A stretch of 64,000 nt of DNA from Thermoanaerobaculia bacterium (GCA_963719225.1 CAVRAY010000001.1:1632001-1696000); one strand, 5' to 3'. Shown: positions 42,042 through 51,909, numbered from the stretch's first letter. Notes: generated from the letters alone by a model not told the origin. Program-made: numbers and translations.

Positions 42042-42250
42042 GAGCGAGGGCGGACCTGGGCCTTCTTCGCGCTCGTCGTGACGAACGGTGAGCTTCCCAA
42101 TCAGCACCGCGCACTCGTCGACCTCGCTCGCGCGGCAGCCTGCCACACGCCCGAGCATCTCGGCCGGGGCCGAGGCCGCGCCTCCCGGCAGTTCGCCTGC
42201 GTGCGGCCTGCCGGCAGCGGAGGCGCCCGGCTTCGCAGACTTCGGCGCGC

Positions 42251-43718
42251 TCACCAGTCACCGTCCCACGCCGAGCGCGTCGGCGGGCTGCCCCAGGCCA
42301 CGAGCTTCTCCGCCGCCTCGGGCGTCAGCCAGGCGCTCGGCTGCCGATCGCCGCCGATGTCGTCCAACGTGAACGACCGGCCACCGGCCGCGACGCTCAA
42401 CGCGACGAGGAGCGAGTCGAAGAGGTCCGGCGAGTCCGACGGGTCGACGCAGCGAATCTTTCCGCTGCTCGTGATCAGGTACTTCATCCCGAGAAGCTCG
42501 CGGCGGAGGCCGTCGTGCTTCGGAAGGCGGAAGAGGCCCGCTTCGAGGAGGCCGCGAAGCGCCCACGCAAGTTCAGCCTTCACGTTGACGAAGCGGTCCG
42601 GTTCGAGGGCGCGGTCGCTCGCGCGGAACGCGACGATGCCGAGCGCCTTCTCCTCGCGCAGCGCGTCGGCGACGCCCTGCCCGATCGCCACCGTGTCGAT
42701 CGCGAGGACGCGCGCGCCGGCCTCGCGCAACCGCATCAACGTCTTCCCGCGCGTCACGGCGGTGTCGCGCTCGTGCCAGCCCTCGACCGAACGAAGTTGA
42801 AAGCGGCCGAGAGCGTCGGGGCCGGCGAGAAGCGAGAGCGCCGAGGCGTCGCCCGCGACGCTGCCCGCAACGTCGAGACCGGCGACGGGCACGCCGTCCA
42901 CCTCGAAGCCGGCGTCTTCGGCTCTCGCAATCCAGGAGTACGGGAACAAGCTGCCTTCGTCGTCGGCGATGTAGCGCGCGAGGCACCTGCTTTGATACTC
43001 GGGCGACTGCTCGCCCCATTCGGCGAGGCGAGCGGCCTTCCATTCCGCCTTGCCCGGCAGGCCCTCGGCGATCAGGTCGTCGATCGTCACGACGGCGCGA
43101 ACGACACTCGGCCCACCCTTGACGTCGCGCTCATAGAACGGGCCGGAAGGAATCGACGGGGTCGAGATCATCACGTCGAGCGTCTCGGGCGCGTCGAGGA
43201 GCGCCTCGGTCGACTCGAAGATCGCGGGCTCGATCGCCTTCGCCTCGTCTGCGATTCGGAGCGCCGCCACCGGGGAGTGTCTGCCTTCCAAGTTCACGGC
43301 GTGATCCGTCGAGAGGCCGACGAGGTCCCACGCGACGCCGAACGTCAGTTCCGTCTGCAAGAGGCGGCCGACGCCGGCCGAGGCGAGGAGGCTGCCGCCG
43401 TAAAGGCGCGCCAGCTCGACCCAGAGGACGCCTTCCACGGCCGCCCACGTCGGCGCCGTCGTCAGGCCGCGAGCGCCGGGCCTCGTCGCCATCCACCACA
43501 GACCGAGTGCCGCCGCCTCAAGTCGTCTTACCAGCGCCGTGTGCCGTTCGCGCGTGAACCCGGAGATGCTGCTTGCCGCGAACGAGGCGCGCGCGGATCT
43601 CCTCGCAGTGCGCGGCCTGCCAACGCCGAGGCTCGCCGCGAAGGACGAGGCGCCAGAAGAGCGCCGGATCGTCGCGACACTCCGCGAGGACGAGGGCGAG
43701 GTCGCGAGCGGTCGTCAC
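42251..43718 (-). CDS. Terminase large subunit (frameshift near 43520)
   Basis: PRRWQ, Walker A AHGAGKT, TAPT, Walker B IADEA, ISTP, nuclease GLDVA, AIDTVAIG, SPDLFDS. Confidence 0.85.
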
Positions 43719-44313
43719 GAGCCGGCTCCGTCTTCGGGGTCCGACGCGGCGCCCGGCACAGAGACGCGCGGTTTTACTAACCTCGGATCGCCCCCCTTAA
43801 GTCCCGCCGCCAGAACGCCAGCCGGTAAAGCGGGTACGACATCGGGACGGGTCGCAGAGGTTTCCTCGCCCCTCGTCGCCTCGACCTTGAGGGCCGACGC
43901 GGGCTCGGCCGAACCTTCTACAACGCCCTGCGCCAGCTGCGCGCAGGCTTGTGTGACCTGAGCGGCTTCGAGCCCGGCTCTTCTCTGCCGAGCTTCGGCA
44001 AGGGCGCGCGCAAGCTCGGCGCTCAAGTCGCCGAAGCCGCCGCCCAGCGTGACCGACTGTTTCGGAGCGCCCCAGCTCCAGAGCAGAATCGCACGAGCCG
44101 CCTCGAATCGAATGCGCCCGCTGCGCGACGAGAGCAACGCCCGGAGCGTCTCGGCGGCCTGCGCACTCATCGCGTCGGCGACCTCGATACCGGCGCGCGT
44201 TCGACGATCCTTCAGGCCACGCGGGCGGCCGGGATTCTTCGGCGGGAACGGCCGGCCGATTCGCGTCTCGGGCGATCCGTTCGCGCGGCGGGCACGCCCG
44301 TCGTCTCCGTCAT
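43715..44313 (-). CDS. Putative terminase small subunit (start or frame uncertain)
   Basis: GRPFPPKNPGRPRG in frame upstream of the tracked ATG, helical AARAILLWSWGAPKQ; directly upstream of and coupled to terL. Confidence 0.5.
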
Positions 44314-44320
44314 TCAGCCT

Positions 44321-44431
44321 TCTCCGTTCCGAGGCGTTCCGACCCGTTCCGACCAGTTCCTAGAGCGCGTCGGGAACACGTCACCCTCTCCGGCGCCGGG
44401 ACGCCGCGAGGCGTTCCCACGAGGCGTTCCC
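44321..44431. repeat. Iteron-like GTTCC repeat cluster (candidate origin)
   Basis: Four tandem 10-mers ending GTTCC (44321-44360), inverted GGGAAC near 44372, two GAGGCGTTCCC (44408, 44421). Confidence 0.65.
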
Positions 44432-44486
44432 GGCGCCCCGGGGGTACGGGGGGGAAATGACATCTCAAAACTCACCCCTTCGGCGG

Positions 44487-45763
44487 TCACGGGAGGGCCT
44501 CCCCGGGCGCCTCGACGTTTTGACGCGTTCCCGCTCCTGCCTCGTCCGTCGCGACCCAGACCCGAACGGTCCGCCGGTCGCCGTTCGCGTTCAGGCGTAC
44601 TACCGTTTCGAGGCGGATTCGGCCCTGCGCGTGACGCTGCCCGGCGAGATCGCCGACCCACTGCTTACGGCGACCGAGCGCCTTCGCCAGCTCCTCGACG
44701 GTGAGCCCGTCCCGGTGCCGGCGGAGGAGGAGGTCGAAGTCCTCCAGTTGCGCCGGTCGCGCTCCTCTGCCTTCGCGCTCGCCTCTGCCTTGCGGCGCTC
44801 CGGCGACGAGGGCTGCTCCTCGTCGGTCGACTCGGCGACCCGGTAGACGGCGAGGTCGCGGGAGTAGACGAGGGCGAGCGGCGACGGCTCGTCGCCGCTC
44901 CGAACCTTGTCGAAGACGAGGAGGCGCGCGTCGCGGTCGGAGCCCTTCGGGTGCTCGAAGATGAGCGAGAGGTCCGGGTCGTCGCGCATCGCCGACGTTC
45001 CCCGGATACGGTGACGGGATTCCTTTCCGTCTGTCGGCTTCGAGAAGTGGTGGAGGACGAGGAAGGCGATGCCGTGCTTCTCGGCGAGGCCGAGGAGCGG
45101 GCGGACGACGCCGGCCCGAAAGCGCGAGGCGTCGTTCTCGTCGTCGAAGTAGAAGCGCCCGAGCGGGTCGGCGACGACGAGCTTGATGCCGACGGCGGCG
45201 CAACGCGCGACCGTCGCGGCGAACTCCGGCGAGCGAAACTCCGCCGGCCGCGCTCCGCGCGACGGGACGTAGAAGTCCGGGGCCTCGATACCGAGCGCGT
45301 CGGCCGCCACGCGAATGCGGCGCTTGAATAGCTGCCGGTTTCCCTCCGCGAGCCAGTGAAAGACCGGAGCCGGCGAATGCGAGCGCCATCCGAACGCGCC
45401 GCGCCCTACGGAGAGGAGCAGCCCGGCGTTGACGGCGAGCGTCGTCTTACCGACGCCTCCCTCCCCGGAAAGCATCGCTAGCCCGCCCGCCGGGAGGAGC
45501 CCTTCGAGGAGCCACGCGACCGGCTCCTCCTCCTCGCCCAAGGCGGCGGAGAGGAGCACCGGCTCGACGCCACCATCGGCCGCGACGACGCGCCGGCCGT
45601 CCGACGCGGGCGAGGCGGGTTCCGTCGCGGGCACCACGAACTCCTCGCCCCAGTCGTTCCCGGCCTCCGTCGTCGAGTCGGCGTCGCGTGCCGCCTCCTC
45701 GCGCGTCGCGCCGAGACGTGCGACCTCCTCGATGATGTGGCTCGGCCGGTTCGGCTCGGTCAT
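44487..45763 (-). CDS. AAA_25/RepA-like replicative helicase with C-terminal HTH (frameshift near 44754)
   Basis: WLLEGLLP, GEGGVGKT, LVVADP, LVLHH, IRGTSA; shifted frame continues GLTVEELAKALGR. Confidence 0.82.
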
Positions 45764-46281
45764 CCGCGCCCCCGCGCCCGCTTCTGCTCCCGAGCGACAC
45801 GAGCGAAAACCTCGAGGATCTCCTCCTCGTTAGGCACCGGGCCGGCGTAGTTCGTCACCCAGGCCCCGACGAGGACGAGCGCGACGAGGTGAGCGACGCC
45901 CTTGTCGAGAAGGTAGCGCGTCAGGGTCGCGATCGCGTCCGCCCGCTCCTCGCCGAACGCGAGGCGCGTGGCGATCTTCAGCACGGCGCCGTCGGGCGTC
46001 TTCTCGAAGAAGTCCGCCCCCCGCTTCCCGACGAGTTCCCCGAGCCACGCCGGCGCGCGCTCGCCGATCAACGCGCGGGCCGCGAGCCTCCGGTTCCGCG
46101 CCGCCGCGATAGCGGCCCGCCGCTTCTCCTCGGAGGACATCGCCGCGCGCCGCGACTCCGCCTCTCGGACGAACGCGCCCGCGTTGAACGCGAGGACGTC
46201 CGCGAGGCGCTCGTCGGCGGTGCCGTCTAGCGCGGCGCGGGCCGCCTCGTCGTTCGCAGGCACCTCGATGACGTCGCTCAC
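45760..46281 (-). CDS. Primase C-terminal (PriCT-1)-like protein
   Basis: GEERADAIATLTRYLL..G...PVPNEEEILEVF; coupled to the helicase gene. Confidence 0.5.
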   Translation of the reverse strand: MSDVIEVPANDEAARAALDGTADERLADVLAFNAGAFVREAESRRAAMSSEEKRRAAIAAARNRRLAARALIGERAPAWLGELVGKRGADFFEKTPDGAVLKIATRLAFGEERADAIATLTRYLLDKGVAHLVALVLVGAWVTNYAGPVPNEEEILEVFARVAREQKRARGRG

Positions 46282-47313
46282 GCGCGGTCCGCTCCGAGCA
46301 CGAGGTCCGCCGCGACCTCGTCGTCGTCCGGCCGCGCCCTCTCGTCCGCGACCTGCTGCGCCTGGACCGAATCGGGCGCCTCCTTCCCCCATGAATCAAA
46401 GCCGGCAATCGTGCGTCTCGAAAACATGTCCAGCCGCCTCCCGGCCGTGACGCGCCGGACGAGGTCGTAGAACGCCTCGGGCTTCTCGCTGTGCTTGCCG
46501 CGCGGCGCCTCGAAGCAGGTCGGGAACGCCTTCGTGTCCATGAACAACGGCGAGCCCTTGCGCGCGTAGAGGGCGAACTCGCAGTTGTACGCCGGACCTC
46601 CGAGCGGCTGGTAGCCGCCCGGCTTGTGCCAGACAAACGTGCAGACGTACGTCAGGCCCCACGTCCGAAGCAGGCCGAACGCGTCCGGAAGAAACCGATG
46701 CGTCGTCCAGAGCCAGAAATGGGCGTCCTCTGCCAGCGGCGGCGCTATCGCCGCGATCTCGTCGAGGCTCATCGTCGGGTACTGAAAACCCGGGTGACTC
46801 GGGCTATCGCGCTCCATCCACTCGACGGGCCACGGTGGGTCGTCGACGGCGGCGTCGTAGGTCCCGGCAAGGGCCTTTGTTTCGCGGGCCTCGACGTCGT
46901 CGAGCTTCCGCCGCGCCTCGTCGCACCTAGCTGCCTGCCGAAGGCGACGATGTCTTTTCGCTCCGTCTCGGGCGTCACTTCGCCGGACTCGATGGCCGCG
47001 AGGAGCTTCTCCTCGGGCCACCGGGAGAGTTGATAGAGCGTTCCCACGAGGGCGGTAAAGCGAAACGGTGTTTCGCATTTGAGAGGACTGGGTTACGGGC
47101 AATGGCCATGAGCATCTGCGCCGCGCGTGGCCCGAAGGGCAATTCCGCCTCGACCATCGCCTCGAAGTCGCCGTGCTGTAGAGCCTCCTTCGCCCCGAGG
47201 AGAAGCCGGCCGGTGCCAACGATCCCTTCGACGAGCCCGGACCACATGGCGTAGATCGCGTCGCGCCAGTCGGCGGCCGTAGACAGCGCGGCCGGCATGA
47301 TGGCGGCGCTCAC
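46278..47313 (-). CDS. DUF3102-like/MT-A70 adenine methyltransferase fusion (frameshifts near 47044 and 46943)
   Basis: GRLLLGAKEALQHGDF...LPF; DPPW, YPTMSLDEI, WLWTT, FVWHK, HSEKP, LDMFSR. Confidence 0.8.
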
Positions 47314-47618
47314 GCGGTCCTCCGGCGTACTAGCGGGGCGGGCGTCAACGCGGCCTCCGTCACCCTGCGCCACGCGGCGACCATCCTCGGCGTCGAGACC
47401 CAACGGCCCGACGAGTCGCGGCGCACGAGCAGGTCGAGCCGATGCCGCGCGCGCTCCGACGGCGAGCGGAGCCACCTTCTCAAGGTCGCGACGCTGCGCC
47501 GGATCGACGACGCGACCTCGTCGAGCCCGATCTCGCGATCGGCGCCGCCGACGAGCGCGATGCGCTCAAGCTCCGCGACGCGGCGCGCGAGGTCCGCGAT
47601 GAGGGCGGCCTCGCTCAT
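47310..47618 (-). CDS. HTH DNA-binding protein (excisionase/AlpA-like)
   Basis: IGLDEVASSIRRSVATLRRWL. Confidence 0.6.
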   Translation of the reverse strand: MSEAALIADLARRVAELERIALVGGADREIGLDEVASSIRRSVATLRRWLRSPSERARHRLDLLVRRDSSGRWVSTPRMVAAWRRVTEAALTPAPLVRRRTA

Positions 47619-47839
47619 CGCGAGCCGCCCGCAGCGATCTTGTCGACGGCCTCGTCGAGACGGCGGAGCACGTCGGGGTCCACGCGCTCGGGGAATCTTT
47701 CGGCGATGGACGCCGTCGTCAAGCTCACGTGCGCGACCCTCGCCGTCTCGGCCAACGTGAGGCCGGCTCCGTTGACGGCGACGCGGAGACGCTTCAGGCG
47801 AAGCTCGGTCGCGGGCGAGAAGATGCGGCGTCGTTCCAT
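47615..47839 (-). CDS. Cro-like HTH protein
   Basis: LKRLR...GLTLAETARVAHVSLTTASIAER. Confidence 0.6.
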   Translation of the reverse strand: MERRRIFSPATELRLKRLRVAVNGAGLTLAETARVAHVSLTTASIAERFPERVDPDVLRRLDEAVDKIAAGGSR

Positions 47840-47911
47840 CGGCGCCGCTAATTACGAATCTAAATCGGGGCGCCGCGCCGGACGAGATGTCGCGGATCTC
47901 GTCCGGGATTT

Positions 47912-48652
47912 CTAGCGCTTCGGTCGCCCGCCCGCGCTCTTGGTCGCCCGCTCGACGCGCTTTCTAATCGCCTCGGCCAACCGCTCCAGCACCAGCGGGT
48001 CGCGCTCTACAGCCACCTTTGCGGCTTCCGGGTCGCGCGACCGTCGGTCGATCCTCTCGGCCCAAAGGACGAGCCCCTGCTTTGCGGCGCTCCGTCCACG
48101 GCGCCGCATCTCGTCGACGTGACGCGCTACCTGTCTTCTCAAGTCCGCGATCGCTCGCGAGTCCCCGGCCGTCGCCGACGAAAGGCTCGCTCCGGCTCCC
48201 CGAAGAAGACTCTTCGAGAACGCGAGCGCGTCGAGGAGGTCGACGTCGCGCCGCCGCTCACGGAGGGATGCTTTTACGCCCGGATCGAGGACCCGTCGCC
48301 GCCTGAGCGCGCTTACCACATCGTCGAAGGCGTCGGGCATGCGGCCGTCCTCGTGCAACATCGCGAGGTTGATGAACGCCTCCTGGACGCTCGAAGCTCG
48401 GACGACGGTCATGTCCTCGGCGAGCAGTTCGCCGAGGCGGTACACGAGGTCGGTTCGGTGCAACCCGCGAGCCGCGAGCCACTCGCGGACACGAATCTCC
48501 GCCGCGTACGCGCCGGAGAGGTGCCAGAAGGCCGAGACGCCAAGCTCTCCGAGGCCCTCTGCGGTCCGGCGAAGCCTCGACGCGTGCACGTCTCTCGTTG
48601 CCGCCGTCGCCGTCTTCGGTTTCGCGCCCACGTTCCCTCGCTCCCCTCGCAC
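47912..48652 (-). CDS. Hypothetical protein
   Basis: Long ORF co-oriented with the backbone; no recognised motif. Confidence 0.5.
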   Translation of the reverse strand: MRGERGNVGAKPKTATAATRDVHASRLRRTAEGLGELGVSAFWHLSGAYAAEIRVREWLAARGLHRTDLVYRLGELLAEDMTVVRASSVQEAFINLAMLHEDGRMPDAFDDVVSALRRRRVLDPGVKASLRERRRDVDLLDALAFSKSLLRGAGASLSSATAGDSRAIADLRRQVARHVDEMRRRGRSAAKQGLVLWAERIDRRSRDPEAAKVAVERDPLVLERLAEAIRKRVERATKSAGGRPKR

Positions 48653-48838
48653 CGTGAGAGCCGAGGCGGGCGCGGGAGCGAGGAGAACCGCCTTCGGCGT
48701 CGGGAGCTACCCGGCGCCGCCCGCCCGGCGAGGAGAAGTCTAGATTGAGAACGAAGCGAAGAGCGCAACCCGTACTGTTGTCGTACCGCATCGATTCCGG
48801 CGACTCACGGCAAAGGGTTTACCGGCGAGGCGGGCTAA

Positions 48839-48877
48839 TTAGGAAACCGCTGCTCTATCCAACTGAGCTACGGGCCC
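48839..48877 (-). repeat. att core, displaced 5' half of tRNA-Arg
   Basis: TTAGGAAACCGCTGCTCTATCCAACTGAGCTACGGGCCC, 39/39 identical to 34689-34727; no T-arm or 3' half follows. Confidence 0.95.
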
Positions 48878-48977
48878 GGACCTCTGGCCCCGATCTGGCC
48901 GCGGCGAGCGAGTGTATCCGATCGACCCGCCGCGGAGTCCCTTGCGCCCGCCGCTGAGCGGGGTATCGTTAGCCGTC

Positions 48978-50480
48978 ATGGCCGGCTGGCGGCGGGCGAT
49001 CCTCGGCGCGTTCTGCATAAGCGCCCACGCGGCTCTGGCAGGCGGGCCGCCGCCCCTCGAGGCGGTCAGGGAGTGCCGCTGGGACGGCCCGACGCTCCTC
49101 GTCGACCTGCCGTGCGCTCTCCGGCTGGCGCGGCAGAACAGTTTCGACATCCTCGACCAGGAAACTTTCCTCAAGGCAAGCGAGCGGCGCGAAAAGCTCG
49201 CCGAGCGGGACTTCGCGGTTCTGTTGACGCCCTCGGTTTCGGCGGTCACGACGGGAAGCTCCCCTCAGAGCACGGCCGGGGGTACCGGGACGGCCACGGC
49301 GACACCCTCGACCGACTTCTACCGGGCAGGCCTCGGCCTCTCGAAGCTCTTCGGCATCGGGACCAACGTGAGCGTTCAGCCCTTCTACGAGTTCGGAGAA
49401 GGCAACCGGGCATCGGGCGTCCTCGCCGGCATCTCGCAGCCGTTCCTGCGCGGCGTGGCGCCGGTCTACGTCCGGAGCGCGCTGGACGCCGCAAAGTCAC
49501 AGGAGAGGGTCGCCGGCTGGTCGCAGATCCAGTCGTGCCTCGGCACGCTCGTCGGGGTCGTCGGACAGCTTTCCAGCCTCGGTGAGATACAGGAACGGCA
49601 TCGCCTCTTCTCGGAATCGCTGCTGTCGATGGAAACGAAGCTGACGATCACGGAAGCGCGCGAGCGCGCCGGCCTCGCATCCAGCCTCGATGTCCTTCGC
49701 ACGCGTATCGAGCGGACGAACCTCCGGGACCTCGTCGCCTCCGTCTCCGAGCAGCTCGAAGGTGCCGTCGACGCACTCCGCTTCACCCTTCGACTCCCGC
49801 AGGGCCTGCCGATCCGGGGCCTGGTGGGACCGAGGGACGAGCCGAAGCGGCCGGAGCCGGACGTGGAAACGTCCGGGCGATTCGACGTGAAGATCGCCTC
49901 GGAGGCGCTCTCGGAAGCGCGCCGGCAAGTCCGCGTCACGCGTCACGCGATCCTTCCCGACCTGAGCGCAGCATTCACCATGACGTATCGCAAGTCGGAA
50001 GCCCCCGAGCTACCCGCGACCCTGGCCTCCCCGTCTGGCACCACGTGGGCCCTCTCCGTCAGCAGCTCCGGTGAGATCCGGCGGTCCGCCGAACGGGCCG
50101 CGTACCAGGATGCCCTCGATCGCGTGGAGGTCGCGACCCGCGCCCTCATCCAGACGCAGGAGCGGGCACGGGACGAAATCCGCTCTCTCGGCCGCCTTCT
50201 CGACCGGCTCCACAAGCAGGAGGCGATTCAAAGGGAGCAGATCGAGCAGGCGGCTTCCAAGCTCGCGATCGCCGAGGCCAAGTTCCGGAACGGCCTCGCG
50301 AGCAATTTCGACTTCCTCGAGGCGGAGTCGGAGCTTCGGAACGCGCAGGTCAACCTCCTGGTGGCGCAGCGGGACCTGGTTCCCGCCGCGTATCGCCTCC
50401 TGAATGGGATGGGCCTTTACGACGAATGGCTGAAGGAGACCTATGCCGTGGATTGCGCGGCTTCGACGTCTTCTCACTGA
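48978..50480 (+). CDS. TolC-family outer membrane efflux protein
   Basis: Signal peptide, ISQPFLRG, GLASSLDVL, ILPDLS, GLASNFDFLEAE. Confidence 0.85.
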   Translation: MAGWRRAILGAFCISAHAALAGGPPPLEAVRECRWDGPTLLVDLPCALRLARQNSFDILDQETFLKASERREKLAERDFAVLLTPSVSAVTTGSSPQSTAGGTGTATATPSTDFYRAGLGLSKLFGIGTNVSVQPFYEFGEGNRASGVLAGISQPFLRGVAPVYVRSALDAAKSQERVAGWSQIQSCLGTLVGVVGQLSSLGEIQERHRLFSESLLSMETKLTITEARERAGLASSLDVLRTRIERTNLRDLVASVSEQLEGAVDALRFTLRLPQGLPIRGLVGPRDEPKRPEPDVETSGRFDVKIASEALSEARRQVRVTRHAILPDLSAAFTMTYRKSEAPELPATLASPSGTTWALSVSSSGEIRRSAERAAYQDALDRVEVATRALIQTQERARDEIRSLGRLLDRLHKQEAIQREQIEQAASKLAIAEAKFRNGLASNFDFLEAESELRNAQVNLLVAQRDLVPAAYRLLNGMGLYDEWLKETYAVDCAASTSSH

Positions 50481-51909
50481 GGATCGCCGCGCGGCCCTCG
50501 CGGTGACGGCGGCGCTCGTCGGGACCACTGCGCTCTGGCTGGTCGGGCCGTGGCCGTCGCGCGCCTCACGTGGAGGGGAGGAGCCCAACCGCACGTGGGT
50601 CGTCAAGCAGACCGATGTCCGAAGCGGGGTCTGGGCAATGGGCGAGCTGGCGGCGAGCCGCTCCGTGGTCGTCAAGAATCGCCTGCCTGGCGCAGATGGA
50701 CGGATCCTCTGGATCGTCGACGACGGCGCCGAGGTGAAGGAGGGGGACGTGCTGGTCCGCCTCGATTCGAGCGGTTTCGAGGCCGAGCTGGCGCGCCTCC
50801 GCGCGGAGCTCGTCGCCCAGAAGGCGACGGTCGAGGCCGCACGCCAAACCCGGCTTGGGGAGGCGACGCGGATCGAGCAGCTGAACGCCGTGGCCTCTTC
50901 AAAGGTGGCCGGCGCGAACCTTCGTCGAAAGACCCTCGAGCAGGGTGAGGGCCCGATGGAGGAAGGCAAGCTGCAGGCGGAGCTTCAGAAGGCCCAGGAA
51001 GAGGAGAAACGCTGGAAGGGCTACGTCGAGGACCTGACGAGAGTCCAGGAGTCGGGAAGAAACGTGGCAGGCGAGCTGAAGACGGCCTCGGAAAAGCTGT
51101 CCGAGCTTCGCGAGAAGACGGCGCTCGCGCGAAAGCAGCTCGAAGGCTTCAAGGAGTTCGTCCTCCCCGCCAGGCTCGAAGAGGCGCGCGTCGGCGTCGG
51201 CGACGCGGAGGCGGAGCGCCGCCGGAGCGAGGAAGCCGGGCGGTATGCCGTCGGACGGGCGGACTCCGAGGTCGAAAAAGCGCGGGCTCAGGTCTTTGCG
51301 CTCGAAGCCAGAATCCGGGATCTCGAACGGATCATCTCGGATGCCGCGATTCGGGCGCCGGGCTCGGGCCTCGTGGTCCTCCGCGAGAACAACATCGAAG
51401 GGCGCGCGCGCAAGGCCCAGGTCGGCGACCGCGTCTACCAGGATTTTCCCCTTCTCGAGCTGCCGGACCCCTCGACGATGGAGGTCCGGGCCCGTGTCCG
51501 CGAGCTGGATCTGGAAACCCTCCGGTCGTCCAAGGCCGGGGAGGTCCTCGTCGAGGCGGTCCCGGGCGAGGTTTATCGCGCCGAGCTCAAACAGATCGGC
51601 GCGCTCGCGCTGCGGCGGGATGGCGAGGAGGAGAAGTACTTCAACGTCAGCCTCACGATCCTGCGACCCGACGCCCGGCTGCGTCCGGGGATGACGGCGC
51701 GCGTCTTCCTGGTCCGCGAGGAACGGCGGGGGGTCCTCGCGATCCCGCGAGAGTTCATCGCGAACCGCGGCGGCCGACCCGTCAGTCAGGTCCGTGACGC
51801 GCGGGGAAAGCTCACCGAGAGACCGATCCAGCTCGGCGCCGAGGGGCGCATCCTGGTCGAAGTCCGGTCGGGGCTGAAGGAAGGCGACGTTGTCGTCGCA
51901 TGGCGCTGA
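50443..51909 (+). CDS. Efflux periplasmic adaptor (MacA/HlyD-like)
   Basis: DGAEVKEGDVLVRLD, long coiled coil, IRAPGSGLV, LRPGMTA, GLKEGD. Confidence 0.9.
   Translation: MPWIARLRRLLTEDRRAALAVTAALVGTTALWLVGPWPSRASRGGEEPNRTWVVKQTDVRSGVWAMGELAASRSVVVKNRLPGADGRILWIVDDGAEVKEGDVLVRLDSSGFEAELARLRAELVAQKATVEAARQTRLGEATRIEQLNAVASSKVAGANLRRKTLEQGEGPMEEGKLQAELQKAQEEEKRWKGYVEDLTRVQESGRNVAGELKTASEKLSELREKTALARKQLEGFKEFVLPARLEEARVGVGDAEAERRRSEEAGRYAVGRADSEVEKARAQVFALEARIRDLERIISDAAIRAPGSGLVVLRENNIEGRARKAQVGDRVYQDFPLLELPDPSTMEVRARVRELDLETLRSSKAGEVLVEAVPGEVYRAELKQIGALALRRDGEEEKYFNVSLTILRPDARLRPGMTARVFLVREERRGVLAIPREFIANRGGRPVSQVRDARGKLTERPIQLGAEGRILVEVRSGLKEGDVVVAWR

Larger units (their letters stand above)
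34689..48877. mobile_element. ~14.2-kb integrated phage-satellite-like or cryptic prophage element
   Basis: 39-bp direct repeats at both ends, tyrosine integrase at one end, HTH regulators, MT-A70, PriCT-like and AAA helicase genes, terminase. Confidence 0.9.

Noticed and set aside
48839-49249. ORF ending GPVAQLDRAAVS as the second half of a split (SSV1-type) integrase
   Set aside because: The shared tail is just the att repeat; the integrase catalytic region and stop are complete at the left end; this ORF is antisense to tolC
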